NCBI GenBank assembly: GCA_043816785.1
Contig: JBDRHP010000035.1
Location: forward strand, 1-14,029
Source: Candidatus Margulisiibacteriota bacterium
GTDB taxonomy: Bacteria; Margulisbacteria; WOR-1; O2-12-FULL-45-9
DNA length: 14,029 bases
Reading direction: 5' to 3'
Shown: piece by piece, positions 13,891-14,029 of the stretch
Layout of the letters: every line of letters begins with the position of its first letter
How positions within the stretch are numbered: position 1 is the first letter of the stretch
Made by a program: the position numbers and the translations under genes
Notes under the pieces: generated by a model
The model's database searches: none
Told to the model about the DNA's origin: nothing
Seen by the model: only the letters and a program-made list of their open reading frames with translations

Positions 13891-14029
13891 TGTCTTGGGT
13901 CATCTAAAATGTAACCGAAATAGCACTGGTTGGGTCATTTAAAAGGTAACCGAAATTTCTTTGTGATGCTATCCTTCTTCAGCCCGCCAAGGGTGGGCCA
14001 AGGAGGATGGCAAAGATGAACAAACAGGC
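13891..14029 (+). mobile_element. Probable left end of an IS21-family insertion sequence (truncated by the window)
   Basis: Begins 5'-TGT, has two 27-bp direct repeats, then AGGAGG (14001-14006) and ATG 14016 running off the edge. The transposase is not visible. Confidence 0.55.
13895..13956 (+). repeat. Two 27-bp direct repeats, period 35
   Basis: TTGGGTCATCTAAAATGTAACCGAAAT (13895-13921) and TTGGGTCATTTAAAAGGTAACCGAAAT (13930-13956), 25/27 identical. Confidence 0.95.

Noticed and set aside
13895..13956. 27-bp repeats as a CRISPR array
   Set aside because: Only two copies with an 8-nt gap, far too short for a spacer, and no cas genes in view.

Overview
A densely coding bacterial window with two interleaved gene classes. 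The housekeeping backbone comprises a partial apgM-type phosphoglycerate mutase, tyrA, aroA, a YbgC-like thioesterase, an RlmD/TrmA-family RNA methyltransferase, a COG2426-like membrane protein and ilvC; tyrA, aroA and ilvC have sigma70-like promoters. Wedged between these are four accessory units: (1) a GAF-GGDEF diguanylate cyclase plus a degenerate GGDEF protein, (2) a SAM-methyltransferase-like orphan lying between tyrA and aroA, (3) two PAS histidine kinases with no response regulator in the window, and (4) a hypothetical protein. The main observation is that all four units are preceded, in the correct orientation, by the same exactly spaced motif TGAAATT-N15-CGATA, which resembles a sigma28/FliA-type promoter with a variant -35. 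Their proteins also carry Pro/Ser/Arg-rich N-terminal extensions, two pairs of which resemble each other. I infer a dispersed alternative-sigma regulon of N-terminally tagged, possibly exported, enzymes; this is a hypothesis. The right end holds a small-protein/nucleotidyltransferase pair and a probable IS21-family left end. Heptamer micro-repeats occur inside several housekeeping genes. No rRNA, tRNA or CRISPR array was seen. All calls were made by eye, without database searches.
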